From Polyangia bacterium (lineage in GTDB: Bacteria > Myxococcota_A > Polyangia > JAAYKL01): a DNA stretch of 64,000 nt. Location of the stretch: positions 41,008-105,007 of the forward strand of contig JBNKCR010000013.1 of NCBI GenBank assembly GCA_050287845.1, written 5' to 3'. Position 1 is the first letter of the stretch; every line of letters starts with the position of its first letter. The notes beneath the pieces were generated by a model. That model was not told the origin of the DNA, made no database searches, and saw only the letters and a program-made list of their open reading frames with translations. This document shows, piece after piece, positions 1 through 10,581 of this stretch. Position numbers and translations under genes: made by a program.

Positions 1-365
1 TGAACCTTCCGAAGCACCGCCTCCCGTGCACCGGCTACGGTGCCCGAATAAATGACGTCCTCGGCCAGGTTGGCGCCTCGGTTAATCCCTGAAACCACCA
101 CATCCGGCGGATTCTGCGCCATCAAATGCACAATGGCCCAGTACACGCCATCGGCAACAACACCACTGTGGCCATATCGCCTTTCTCCAAATTGATGCAC
201 AGAAACCGGCTTTCCCAATGTCATTGCATGGCTGCAGGCAGAACGCTGGGAGTCCGGCGCCACCGTCCAGAGCTCCACTTCCCGCAACGAACGGAATGCC
301 TCTTCCAGTGCAGAGAGCCCCGGTGCGCCGATACCGTCATCATTTGTCAGTAAAATCCGAACCAC
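1..365 (-). CDS. surE: 5'/3'-nucleotidase SurE (3' end runs off the window)
   Basis: Manual translation: GTG start at 365 after AAGGAA RBS gives VVRILLTNDDGI...PPDVVVSGINRGANLAEDVIYSGTVAGAREA, the SurE signature motifs. Confidence 0.93.
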   Translation of the reverse strand, partial: MVRILLTNDDGIGAPGLSALEEAFRSLREVELWTVAPDSQRSACSHAMTLGKPVSVHQFGERRYGHSGVVADGVYWAIVHLMAQNPPDVVVSGINRGANLAEDVIYSGTVAGAREAVLRKV

Positions 366-417
366 AATTCATTTTCCTTAAAAAAAAAGAGGTACCTGAA
401 AAGGCCCTCTTTCTTCG

Positions 418-493
<76 letters not shown>

Positions 494-688
494 AATGAGG
501 TGCCTTTCTACCAGACGGCCTTTCTGTACGCAAGAAAAAAAAATGCATTGAAATGAATCCTGATGCAGAGTCTCAGACCGAATCAAGGTTCAACGGTTAA
601 AGCGACCTGAGCAGTGCGGTCCATTAATTCAAGGGAGAATAGTGCCTGCGTCAATGAACAGAGAATTGCATAAATCCAGCGCCAATGT

Positions 689-1123
689 TCAGTCGGATTC
701 AATGCGCTTCAAAAACGCCTGCAATTCGTTTTTAAGTTCTACCAGATGCCGTTCGTATTTGTCTCGCACGGTTCTGCCTGTCCGTGATATTTCCAGAGAC
801 ATCTCGTCGATGGTTTGCTGCCGCACGTTTTCAGCAACGGCATCCACGTCGACCGGGGGTAAAGACGCATCCACCCCCTGTTCCTTCATGTACTTTTTCG
901 CTCCCTCAATGGTGAACTTGCGATCATAAAGCAAATGTTTGATGGCAATCACCGCTTCAACATCCTTGCGGCGATACAGTCGCTGATTGGTTCTGGATTT
1001 CTGCGGTCTGATAGAGGGGAACTCGGACTCCCAGTATCTCAGGACATGCTGCTTCACGCCAACAATATCACCAACTTCCCCTATCTTGAAATACAATTTG
1101 TCCGGTAGTTCAACGTGCGCCAA
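689..1123 (-). CDS. MerR-family HTH transcriptional regulator
   Basis: KLYFKIGEV...HVLRYWESEFP...RLYRRKDV motif, typical of the MerR gene downstream of ihfA. Confidence 0.92.
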   Translation of the reverse strand: MAHVELPDKLYFKIGEVGDIVGVKQHVLRYWESEFPSIRPQKSRTNQRLYRRKDVEAVIAIKHLLYDRKFTIEGAKKYMKEQGVDASLPPVDVDAVAENVRQQTIDEMSLEISRTGRTVRDKYERHLVELKNELQAFLKRIESD

Positions 1124-1155
1124 GACACATGCCTCTCACAACACAGAAATGATAA

Positions 1156-1446
1156 CTAGGATTGTTGTCTGGAGTTGAGGGCGTTTTTCAACACCTGACT
1201 GGGCTTGAAACTCAGGACATATCGTGGTTCGATCACAATGGGTTGTCCAGTCTGCGGATTCCGGCCCATGCGTTCCTTTTTCTGGCGAACAACAAAATTA
1301 CCAAAGCCGGAGATTTTGATTTTTTTGTTTTCTTTCAAAGAGTATTTCATTACCTCAAATACTGCTTCAACGAGCTCAGATGCTTCCTTTTTGGAAAAGC
1401 CCCCAACTTTTTCATAAACACGTTCAATTATATCCGCTTTGGTCAT
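1156..1446 (-). CDS. ihfA: Integration host factor subunit alpha
   Basis: MTKADI...KISGFGNF...GRNPQTG...FKPSQVLK; pheT-ihfA-merR synteny; start moved to ATG at 1446. Confidence 0.93.
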   Translation of the reverse strand: MTKADIIERVYEKVGGFSKKEASELVEAVFEVMKYSLKENKKIKISGFGNFVVRQKKERMGRNPQTGQPIVIEPRYVLSFKPSQVLKNALNSRQQS

Positions 1447-1641
1447 CCGTGGAACTCCTTTGGCCTTCGACCTCAATTTCAATCTGTGCGTATCGTTTAT
1501 TTAAGCACATGAAGCAAACGCGTTCAAGCCCCGTAACCTTTTAAAAATAATAGTTTATTCCTTTTTCCACCAGTTTTTTTTCAAAATTTATAAATAAAGC
1601 TTGGAAATTAAAGAAATATTAAAATCTAACCAGAAAAATGC

Positions 1642-4023
1642 CTACCGAAGCTGCAAAGAGAACCTGGCACAAATATCCGCCACAGCTCTCTGATGCACCA
1701 TATCCACTTCCTTGTCGGTCAGTGTCTTCTGGAATGACCTGTATTGCACTGTGAACGCGAGTGATTTTTTTCCCTCTGCCACGTGCTTGCCGCGATATAC
1801 ATCAAACAGCTGAACACCATTCACCAATTCCCCGGCGGAAGCGGCAAATGCATTGAGGACTGGCGCCACATCCTGGGTTTCGTCCGCCACCACAGCCACA
1901 TCCCGTGACATCGGCGGAAATTCGCAGAGGGGTACTGCCGATGACACCTGTCGCTTCGCGCAAAGAGCGAATAAATCCAACTCGAACGCCACTGCGCCAG
2001 TAGCCAGTTTCAACTCCTTGAGGCGCACCGGATGTAACTCGCCCATAAAACCGACTGTCTGATTGCCCACAACAACAGACACACATCGCCGGGGATGCAT
2101 CATTTTATATTCTGACGTCGGAACAAATTCTGGAGAAGTCCCGGTCATGCCTTCGCAGAACTGCGTCACGATACCCTTGATGTCAAAAAAATCATACCGA
2201 CGTTCCGACTCACTTATCCAGCGAGGCGCCGTGCCATCCAGCAGCGCAGCCACGCGGACCACCTCAGAAGGCAGTGTCTCTCCAGTGGGATGATAAGTTC
2301 GCGCCACTTCAAACTGCGCGAATGTGTCCATGTATCTGGAGCGGGTGCGTTTCAAATTCTCGATCAGCCCAGCCATCAACGTTGTTCGCAATGTGGCACG
2401 TTGCGCATTCAGCGGATTGGCAATCTCTATCGTCGCCGTTGCGGCTCCCAGAATTTCCAACAGACTCCGGGGCACGAAGGAATACGTAATTGATTCCATC
2501 AATCCCAGTGACACCAGCAGCTCCCGGGCGCGCTTTGCGTTTTCAAAATCGGCGCGGCGGGGAATCTGACACTGAATGCGTGGCAGCTTTGCCTCAATCT
2601 GATTCATCCCCGAAAGTCTGGCCACCTCTTCAATCAAATCAATTTCCCGTTCCATATCCGGTCGATGGGTCGGAATCGCCACTTTGAAATCCGGGCCAAC
2701 CGCTGAGACTTTTGCCCCCAGCCCCTCAAGCAATCGCGCCATCTGGTCCGGTTCCACATTGTGCCCCATCACCTTTGTATAACGCTCCGGTCTGAAGAGC
2801 ACCTCTATCGGCGCCACAGGTGTCGGGTACGCGTCAACAATCCCGTGAAGCGCACTCCCTCCTCCCAGTTCACACGCCATCGCATTCGCCGCCGCGAGCA
2901 CCTCCGGTTCATGATTCGGATCCACCCCCCGCTCAAAGCGATATGATGACTCACTGGACAACTTCAGCTTTCTCGACGTTCGGCGCACGCTGGACGGGTT
3001 GAAATACGCACACTCTATAAGAATTCTTTTTGTTCCCGCCGTTACCTCCGAATCCAGACCACCCATCACCCCGGCCACGGCCACGGGTTTCGCGCCATCG
3101 CAAATCAGCAAATCTGTAGCGGAAAAAGTGCGCTCCACCTCATCAAGTGTCGTCATCTTCTCCCCGTCAGTTGCCATGCGGACTACAATTTTTCCTGCTT
3201 CCAGCTTGTCCAAATCAAATGCATGCAATGGCTGTCCGAACTCCATCAGAATCGAGTTGGTCATATCCACGATATTTGAAATGGGTCGAATTCCCAGATT
3301 GTGCAACCGATACCTTAATGGAAAAGGGCTGGGGGCCACCACCAGGTTTTGCACTACAGACGCCGCATACCTGGGACACCCCTCGGGAGATTCAATCGAT
3401 ACCGCTACAACGTCTGCCGCCGCCTGAGTCAACGCTGGCGCTGCCGGCCGTGCTCTGGACGCGAACGGTTTATCAAACAGCAGACACATCTCCCGTGCCA
3501 GCCCCCGGTGATACAGTGCATCCGGTCTGTTGGGCGTCACCTCCAGCTCAAATATCCAATCTTCCAGATCCAACGCATCCACAACAGGCGTGCCAGATGG
3601 TACATCCAGGTCTTCAAGCACGATGATACCGTCACTGTCTGGTCCCAGATTCAGTTCTTCCTCACTGCACAACATCCCAGACGACTCGTAACCGCCGACT
3701 TTGCGAGGCGCAATGACCAAATCACCAAAGCGAGCGCCCTCCTTCGCCAGAACAACGGTACCACCGGCAGTAGGACAATTGGCGGCACCGCACACCACCG
3801 GCCAGATCTGCGTCCCATCATCCACTTTTACCAGACTGAGTTTCCTGCTATCCGGGTGTGCGACTTTTTCAACCACTCTGGCGATCACAACATTATCGAA
3901 TTCCGCACGGCGATGGATAACCTCAGCCACTTCCAATCCCGAGAATGTAAATTTTTCTGCCAGCTCCCGAGGAGACGGAGAAAACCCCGCCAATTCACAT
4001 AGCCATTTATAACTCGCCAGCAT
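1642..4023 (-). CDS. pheT: Phenylalanyl-tRNA synthetase beta subunit
   Basis: VCGAAN, TPNRPD, SSYRFERGVD, DLIEEVAR, LFDVYRG..KKSLAF motifs; 793 aa. Confidence 0.98.
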   Translation of the reverse strand: MLASYKWLCELAGFSPSPRELAEKFTFSGLEVAEVIHRRAEFDNVVIARVVEKVAHPDSRKLSLVKVDDGTQIWPVVCGAANCPTAGGTVVLAKEGARFGDLVIAPRKVGGYESSGMLCSEEELNLGPDSDGIIVLEDLDVPSGTPVVDALDLEDWIFELEVTPNRPDALYHRGLAREMCLLFDKPFASRARPAAPALTQAAADVVAVSIESPEGCPRYAASVVQNLVVAPSPFPLRYRLHNLGIRPISNIVDMTNSILMEFGQPLHAFDLDKLEAGKIVVRMATDGEKMTTLDEVERTFSATDLLICDGAKPVAVAGVMGGLDSEVTAGTKRILIECAYFNPSSVRRTSRKLKLSSESSYRFERGVDPNHEPEVLAAANAMACELGGGSALHGIVDAYPTPVAPIEVLFRPERYTKVMGHNVEPDQMARLLEGLGAKVSAVGPDFKVAIPTHRPDMEREIDLIEEVARLSGMNQIEAKLPRIQCQIPRRADFENAKRARELLVSLGLMESITYSFVPRSLLEILGAATATIEIANPLNAQRATLRTTLMAGLIENLKRTRSRYMDTFAQFEVARTYHPTGETLPSEVVRVAALLDGTAPRWISESERRYDFFDIKGIVTQFCEGMTGTSPEFVPTSEYKMMHPRRCVSVVVGNQTVGFMGELHPVRLKELKLATGAVAFELDLFALCAKRQVSSAVPLCEFPPMSRDVAVVADETQDVAPVLNAFAASAGELVNGVQLFDVYRGKHVAEGKKSLAFTVQYRSFQKTLTDKEVDMVHQRAVADICARFSLQLR

Positions 4024-4026
4024 GAA

Positions 4027-5067
4027 CTACCTCCTGAACCTTTCCAGAAAACGTGGGTCGTTTTCGTAAAGGAGCCTAATACTTGTAATGCCCTCATACT
4101 TCATCATGGCAACCCGATCCACTCCGATACCAAAGGCAAACCCGCTATACACTTCGGAATCAATTCCCACTCCTTCAAGTACGTTCGGATCGACCATGCC
4201 AGCGCCGAGAATTTCAATCCATCCTGTCTGAGAACACAGTCGGCACCCCTTTCCTTTACAGTAAATGCATTGAATATCCACCTCCACCGATGGTTCAGTA
4301 AATGGAAAAAAACTGGGACGCACCCGCATCTGAATATCTGCACCAAAAACCTGGTGAATATATGTATTCAGCACGCCTTTCAAATGTCCGAAGTGCACCC
4401 CCTTGTCCACCAACAACCCCTCTATCTGAGCAAACATTGGACTGTGAGTGGGATCATCGTCCCGTCTGAAAACTGCTCCGGGAGCAACAATCTGGATGGG
4501 AAGTGGACGCGTCAGCATCGCTCGAATCTGCACTGGTGACATATGCGTCCTCAGCAGCGTCTTTCCTTCTTCAATAAACAGCGTATCCTGCATGTCCCGT
4601 GCGGGGTGATCGTCCGGGAAATTCAATTTGGTGAAGTTAAACTCTTCGGTTTCCACTTCCGGACCCTGAGCGACATCAAATCCCATGGAAGTAAAAATGT
4701 CGACAATATCATGCATCACAATATTAATTGGATGCATCGTTCCGATAGCTGTCGCTCGCCCAGGCAGTGTTACATCGAAATAGGCGTTCAGATACGCATC
4801 TTCCGCTTTTTTTGCCAGACTGTCTATCGCTGCAGAAACCGATTTTGTAATCGTCTGCTTGGCTGCATTGAATGCCTGCCCCACATCCTTTCGATGTTCC
4901 GGCGCCACTTTTCCAAGGGATTGCTGCAACTCACCAACCTTCCCTTTTTTAGAAAGATACGCGGCCTGTAAATCACGAATTGATTGTTCGGTGGATTGAA
5001 TCTGCAATTCTGTTGCAAACTGCTCTGTCAGCAGTTGCAGCGCTGCAATGATCTCTTTAGGATCCAT
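4027..5067 (-). CDS. pheS: Phenylalanyl-tRNA synthetase alpha subunit
   Basis: HPARDMQDT, HSPMF, RPSFFPFTEPS, GWIEILGAG, GFAFG. Confidence 0.98.
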   Translation of the reverse strand: MDPKEIIAALQLLTEQFATELQIQSTEQSIRDLQAAYLSKKGKVGELQQSLGKVAPEHRKDVGQAFNAAKQTITKSVSAAIDSLAKKAEDAYLNAYFDVTLPGRATAIGTMHPINIVMHDIVDIFTSMGFDVAQGPEVETEEFNFTKLNFPDDHPARDMQDTLFIEEGKTLLRTHMSPVQIRAMLTRPLPIQIVAPGAVFRRDDDPTHSPMFAQIEGLLVDKGVHFGHLKGVLNTYIHQVFGADIQMRVRPSFFPFTEPSVEVDIQCIYCKGKGCRLCSQTGWIEILGAGMVDPNVLEGVGIDSEVYSGFAFGIGVDRVAMMKYEGITSIRLLYENDPRFLERFRR

Positions 5068-5130
5068 AACAAACTCCCGATATGAAAAATGGTTGAATTG
5101 TTGTGACAGGGGGCAAGTCTATCGTCGCGG

Positions 5131-5481
5131 TTATTTGCCGCGAGCTGCTGACACGATCGCCGCAAACCCCGATGGGTCTTCAATGGCAATGTCAGAAAGA
5201 ACCTTACGATTCAAATCAATGCCGGCCTTTTTCAGACCACCCATCAATTTGGAGTAACTCATTTCATTGAGACGAGCAGCGGCATTAATACGCGTGATCC
5301 ACAGCTTCCGCATATCGCGTTTGCGGAGCTTGCGACCAATGTACGCATCCATCTGCGCATGCATTACCGCATTATATGCTGCCTTGTACATTTTACTGCG
5401 CGAACCGAAAAAACCCTTGGCGCGCTTTAAAATTTTATTTCGTCTTCTGCGTGATTTAAATCCTCTGGTAACTCTGGCCAT
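5131..5481 (-). CDS. rplT: 50S ribosomal protein L20
   Basis: RKLRKRDMRKLWITRINAAAR, LNRKVLSDIA. Confidence 0.98.
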   Translation of the reverse strand: MARVTRGFKSRRRRNKILKRAKGFFGSRSKMYKAAYNAVMHAQMDAYIGRKLRKRDMRKLWITRINAAARLNEMSYSKLMGGLKKAGIDLNRKVLSDIAIEDPSGFAAIVSAARGK

Positions 5482-5536
5482 TTCAACGCTCCTTTTGCGT
5501 GTTCAGGAATTCGCCTGTCCGTGGGACCTCTTCGGT

Positions 5537-5734
5537 CTACAGATAAGGCAGGAGCCTGCTAACCTGCCGTTCGCTACCTTTGTCAACGGTAGTCACCTTG
5601 CGGAGATTCCGTTTTCTTTTGGTAGATTTCTTGGTCAAAATATGACTGTGATACGGCCTGGCGCAGCGAACTTTTCCTTTTGCTGTTTTGCGGAATCTTT
5701 TTGCCGCCGCTCTATTGCTTTTCATTTTAGGCAT
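5537..5734 (-). CDS. rpmI: 50S ribosomal protein L35
   Basis: [14 protein letters not shown]...[15 protein letters not shown]. Confidence 0.97.
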   Translation of the reverse strand: MPKMKSNRAAAKRFRKTAKGKVRCARPYHSHILTKKSTKRKRNLRKVTTVDKGSERQVSRLLPYL

Positions 5735-5871
5735 AATGCTTTTCCTATTTAGAAAATATGTTTACTGATTTTAAAACCACCGGTAAACGTCCTCCATCAT
5801 GGGATGACGGGTAACCGTGTTTACACGTCCTTACCGAACAGTGCAAGAAAAAAAACTATATTGCAGTAAGG

Positions 5872-6489
5872 TTATTCTATCTCATCCAAGTCATTATTCC
5901 TGCCAGGAGCAGTCCGTTCAGTTGCGGGAACTATCATCTTCCCGGACGGAGCCAGAATGGTGGTCATCGATTTCCCTTCCAGCTGATATCGCTGCTGCAC
6001 TTCAGCAATATCCTTTACCGCATCAACAACCTTGTCCAGAAGAAGCGCCGCCATCTCGGGATGTGCCACTTCTCTGCCGCGAAATCGAATGGTAATCTTC
6101 GTTTTATTGCCCTCTGAAATGAATCGGCGGATGTGCTTCACCTTGAAGTCAAAGTCGTGAGTATCCGTCTTGGGACGCATCTTCACCTCCTTCACCTCAA
6201 TGGTTTTCTGGTTTTTCTTTGCAGCCTGTGCCTGTTTTTTCTGCTCGTACTTGTACTTGCCATAGTCCATAATACGGCAAACAGGGGGCTTCGCGTTGGG
6301 GCTAATCTCCACCAAATCCAGACTCATCTCCTGTGCAATGGTCAGTGCCTGTCTTGTGGTGTAAATACCCAATTGCTGCCCGTCGGGATTAATCAATCGA
6401 ACTTCGGGCCGACGTATCATTTCATTGACGCGTGTTTTCTGCGGCCTTTTCTTGCCGGAAGACGATGATGATGATTGCTTTGACTGAAT
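5872..6489 (-). CDS. infC: Translation initiation factor IF-3 (probable ATT start)
   Basis: LDLVEISPNAKPPVCRIMDYGKYKY, FRGRE; frame open upstream of ATG 6420 to an ATT at 6489 preceded by AAGGAG with 8-nt spacing. Confidence 0.95.
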   Translation of the reverse strand: MQSKQSSSSSSGKKRPQKTRVNEMIRRPEVRLINPDGQQLGIYTTRQALTIAQEMSLDLVEISPNAKPPVCRIMDYGKYKYEQKKQAQAAKKNQKTIEVKEVKMRPKTDTHDFDFKVKHIRRFISEGNKTKITIRFRGREVAHPEMAALLLDKVVDAVKDIAEVQQRYQLEGKSMTTILAPSGKMIVPATERTAPGRNNDLDEIE

Positions 6490-6585
6490 AACCTTCTCTC
6501 CTTACTAAAAAGGACGGTTCGTCCTTATTTATTACCAATTGAAACCTGCCTTTTATCACACAGGCTGGATTGTCGCAATATTACA

Positions 6586-8484
6586 CTAAATTTCGGGAGG
6601 TGCCGCTTTTTCTTCTAAAAACCTGATAAATTCGTCCACAGAAATAAATCCCATATCACCATCCACCCTGGTTTTTAAAGATACTCCCCCCTCATCCACT
6701 TCCTTATCACCAATAACCGCCATCGCCGGAATTCTCTGCAGGCGTGTCTGTCGGATCTTGGCGCCCAGTTTTTCGCTGTCATCATTCACATGAACGCGAA
6801 TATGATGTTCCCGCAACTGATTTTCAAGGCTGCGGGCAAACTCAACGTGGCGATCGGCGACGGTTAACAGCGACACCTGAATTGGCGCAAGCCACATTGG
6901 AAATGCACCGGCATAATGTTCCACCATAATGCCGAAAAAGCGTTCGATGGACCCAAGCAACGCCCGATGAATCATCACTGGTCGGTGTTTCGAAGAATCT
7001 TCTCCCACGTATGAAAGGTCAAATCGCTCCGGCAGATTGAAATCCACCTGCACGGTAGAGCATTGCCACACTCTCCCAATCGCATCTTTAATTTTCACAT
7101 CGATTTTAGGACCGTAGAACGCGCCGCCCCCTTCGTCGATCGAATAGGCAACGCCCTCCGCTTCCAGTCCCGCTTTTAATGCGGCTTCTGCCTTCTCCCA
7201 CACTGCGGGATCGCCGATGGATTTTGCCTCCGGTCGGGTGGCAACCATGATGTCGAGATCAGTGAAGCCATAGTCAGCAAGCAGCTTCAACGAGAAGCGA
7301 ACAACTTTTCGAATTTCGTCTTCCAGCTGATCCAGCCGCATAAAAATATGTGCATCATCCTGGGTAAAACCACGCACCCGCAACAGACCGTGCAACTGTC
7401 CTGAACGCTCGTATCGATATACGGTTCCCAGCTCTGCCCAGCGCAACGGCAAGTCTCTGTATGATTTGAGAGAATTGCGATAAATGGCAATATGGAAGGG
7501 GCAATTCATTGGCTTGATGTAATATGGATTCCCTTCAATTTCCATTGGTGCATACATATCGTCCGCATAGTTTTCAAGATGCCCGGAGGTCTCCCACAAC
7601 TTGCTGCGACCAATGTGCGGAGTCATGATCAGTTCATATCCGTGTTTCATGTGCGCAGTGCGCCAATGATTTTCGATCAATGTCCTGACCAGCGCTCCCT
7701 TCGGATGCCACAGAACCAACCCGCCACCAATCTGCTCATCAATACTGAACAGGTCCAGCTCTTTACCCAGCTTGCGATGATCTCGTTTTTTTGCTTCTTC
7801 AAGTCTGTCAAGGTGCGCTCGCAGGGCTTTTTTGTCAGTGAAGGCAGTCCCATATATGCGAGCCAGCATCCTGTTCTTTTCGTCGCCCCGCCAGTATGCC
7901 CCCGCAGTGGTCAGCAACTTGAACGCCTTGATAAACCTTGTATCCGGCACATGAGGACCGGCGCAGAGATCCACCCAGTCACCGTGATAATACAAGGTGA
8001 CCGGTATCCCCTCGTCGATGGCATCCAGAAGCTCCAGTTTATAGTCCTCGCCCATCTCTGAAAACAGGGCGTGGGCCTCGTCCCGAGATACTTCTTTTCG
8101 AACAAAGGATTTGCGCTCCTTCAGGATAGCCAGCATCTCTTTTTCAATTGCCACCAAATCGTCTTCCGAAAATCCGCCGGCTTCTCGGTCAAAATCGTAG
8201 TAGAAACCATTCTCGATGGCGGGACCAATGGTTACTCTGGTGCCGGGAAACAGTCGCTGCACCGCATCCGCCATGACGTGAGCAGTGGAGTGCCGTATCA
8301 CTTCCAATGCATCGGCATCATCCACCTGAACCGGAGTAACGTCCGCGTTTTCAGCAACGGCCATCTGCAGATCCACTACTTTTCCGCCCACCTTCGCAGC
8401 GACGGTATCGTGGCGCAGTTGCTGGTTCTCAGCGAGAAAGGCACCCGCTGTTCCTTTTTCGTATCGTATTTCTGAATTACTCAT
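6586..8484 (-). CDS. thrS: Threonyl-tRNA synthetase
   Basis: RHSTAHVMA, RDHRKLG, KPMNCP, RVRGFTQDDAH, GAFYGPKID. Confidence 0.99.
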   Translation of the reverse strand: MSNSEIRYEKGTAGAFLAENQQLRHDTVAAKVGGKVVDLQMAVAENADVTPVQVDDADALEVIRHSTAHVMADAVQRLFPGTRVTIGPAIENGFYYDFDREAGGFSEDDLVAIEKEMLAILKERKSFVRKEVSRDEAHALFSEMGEDYKLELLDAIDEGIPVTLYYHGDWVDLCAGPHVPDTRFIKAFKLLTTAGAYWRGDEKNRMLARIYGTAFTDKKALRAHLDRLEEAKKRDHRKLGKELDLFSIDEQIGGGLVLWHPKGALVRTLIENHWRTAHMKHGYELIMTPHIGRSKLWETSGHLENYADDMYAPMEIEGNPYYIKPMNCPFHIAIYRNSLKSYRDLPLRWAELGTVYRYERSGQLHGLLRVRGFTQDDAHIFMRLDQLEDEIRKVVRFSLKLLADYGFTDLDIMVATRPEAKSIGDPAVWEKAEAALKAGLEAEGVAYSIDEGGGAFYGPKIDVKIKDAIGRVWQCSTVQVDFNLPERFDLSYVGEDSSKHRPVMIHRALLGSIERFFGIMVEHYAGAFPMWLAPIQVSLLTVADRHVEFARSLENQLREHHIRVHVNDDSEKLGAKIRQTRLQRIPAMAVIGDKEVDEGGVSLKTRVDGDMGFISVDEFIRFLEEKAAPPEI

Positions 8485-8546
8485 GCTGTTGTAAAAAAAT
8501 TGAAAGGTTATCTCACAATTGTTGGAAGAAAAAATCTACAATAAAA

Positions 8547-8618
<72 letters not shown>

Positions 8619-8708
8619 GTCGCCACTGTACGTCTATGAACAGCGTGAGATTCGTAGCAGAACACATTCAGAGCGTCAAGACTGAAATGTCGAATTCACA
8701 AAACACTT

Positions 8709-10574
8709 CTAATTGGTATACAGCTCGTCAATCAGGTGGCCATAGCGTTCTGCAATGATTTTCTTCCGAAGCTTGAGGCTTGGCGTGACCTCACCGCCTG
8801 CAATGGAAAACTCGCGGGGGACAATGGCAAATTTTTTAATGGTTTCATACTGTTCCAGCTTTCTGTTCATTGCCATGATTTCCGTTTCAATGACGCTGAG
8901 AAAAGCTGGATTTTTCGCCAGTTCATCCATCGTTGAAGGTTGTTCATTGGCGATGGCCCATGCGTTCGCGGATTCCATGTCCAGGGTGAGCAATGCGGTG
9001 AGAAATTTCCGCTTATTGCCAAAAACGACCGCATGGGAAACATATTTCAGTCTGGAGAGCATCGCCTCTATGGGAGCAGGGGCAATATTCTTTCCGCCGG
9101 ATGTGACAATGATATCCTTTTTTCTATCCGTGATGCAGAGGAATCCTTCCGAATCCACGGTGCCAATGTCGCCCGTATGCAGCCATCCACCTTCATCAAT
9201 GGTGGCCGCGGTATCCTCCGGAAGATTCAGATAACCTTTCATGACACCTGGGCTTCGGACGAGGATTTCTCCATCATCTGCGATCAGCACTTCGGTGTCA
9301 TCCAGAGGCAATCCAACAGTGCCAAACCGATAATTATCAATCCGGTTGTGGTGACTCAGGGATGCATTTTCCGTCATGCCGTATCCCTCGATAATCAGCA
9401 GTCCTGCAGCATGAAAAAACTCAATGATTTCCTTTTGGAGAGGCGCACCGCCCGATATCATCATGCGTACTTTTCCCCCAAGTCTTTTCTGGAGTTTTGA
9501 GAATATCAGCCGGTGGGCAAGGCTCGCCTGCACCGCCAATGTCGCTGGCAATGGCAAATTCGCCTGCATCAGACGGCTCACCCTGGAGCCAACGTCGAGT
9601 GCCCACTTAAAAATGCGCTTTTTGAGATGACCGCCTTTCTCAACCTGTTCAAGCACTCCGGCAAAAATTTTCTCGAACAATCTCGGAACAGACACAAAGA
9701 AGTCCGGTTGCAGAGATTCAGCGTCATCAACGGCGGTCAGCATCGAACTGGCAAACGCAACGGTGAAACCAATCCGCATCTGCGCGTGATACACAAGTTG
9801 CGCGTATACATGAGCCAGAGGAAGAAACAACAGCGTTTTCTCGTTTTCATTCAGCTTCAGGGTATCCGGGAGGTTTCGGGTTACCGAAGTCAGATTCTGA
9901 TGTGTGAGCAGTGCTCCCTTGGGAATGCCGGTGGTTCCCGAAGTGTATACCACTTTTGCCACATCGCTGGCAAAAATCCCCGCCAATCTTTCTTTCAACA
10001 CATCCTGCAATGTCTCCAGTTCGATCTCCCCACATCGAATATAGTCTTCAAATGCGATGACCATTGACTTCCTGCTGTCCGGAACGGTTTCGACGAGAGA
10101 CAATGCTGGTGGAGCGGGCTTTCCTTCACGATGTGGGGGGACCTGGGTATTCTGAAAATACACAATTCTCTTCAGAGCTGGTGGCAGTTCCGCATCTTTG
10201 TTTTCGCCGAAGATGGACCGCAGCTGAATCGGTCCTTCGGCAAAAACCACCCTTGCCTCGGAGTCTCTCAGAATATGATGCACCGTGTCCCGCGAGAGAT
10301 TCTGATAGATGGTAGCCGTCTGGGCGCCGCACATCAGAATTCCCATATCGGATTCAAGCCATTCTCTTCTGGAATATGAAAATATCGCGACGCTGTCCCG
10401 GGCATTGACGCCATCCTGAATCAATGCCGAAGCAACAGCACGGGATCGCTGGTACCATTCGCGAAAACTCTGCGAAACCCAGTGGTTCCCTTCCCTTTCC
10501 ATCAACGCCGCTTTGTCCGGACACTTTGCCACAAGACTGAGGAACTGTCCAGGGATCGTCGTCAGAGCTGTCAT
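8709..10574 (-). CDS. Long-chain fatty acid--CoA ligase (AMP-binding family)
   Basis: YTSGTTGIPKG, EGYGMTE, GWLHTGDIG, DRKKDII..GGKNIAP, TPSLKLRK. Confidence 0.93.
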   Translation of the reverse strand: MTALTTIPGQFLSLVAKCPDKAALMEREGNHWVSQSFREWYQRSRAVASALIQDGVNARDSVAIFSYSRREWLESDMGILMCGAQTATIYQNLSRDTVHHILRDSEARVVFAEGPIQLRSIFGENKDAELPPALKRIVYFQNTQVPPHREGKPAPPALSLVETVPDSRKSMVIAFEDYIRCGEIELETLQDVLKERLAGIFASDVAKVVYTSGTTGIPKGALLTHQNLTSVTRNLPDTLKLNENEKTLLFLPLAHVYAQLVYHAQMRIGFTVAFASSMLTAVDDAESLQPDFFVSVPRLFEKIFAGVLEQVEKGGHLKKRIFKWALDVGSRVSRLMQANLPLPATLAVQASLAHRLIFSKLQKRLGGKVRMMISGGAPLQKEIIEFFHAAGLLIIEGYGMTENASLSHHNRIDNYRFGTVGLPLDDTEVLIADDGEILVRSPGVMKGYLNLPEDTAATIDEGGWLHTGDIGTVDSEGFLCITDRKKDIIVTSGGKNIAPAPIEAMLSRLKYVSHAVVFGNKRKFLTALLTLDMESANAWAIANEQPSTMDELAKNPAFLSVIETEIMAMNRKLEQYETIKKFAIVPREFSIAGGEVTPSLKLRKKIIAERYGHLIDELYTN

Positions 10575-10581
10575 CTGGCAG

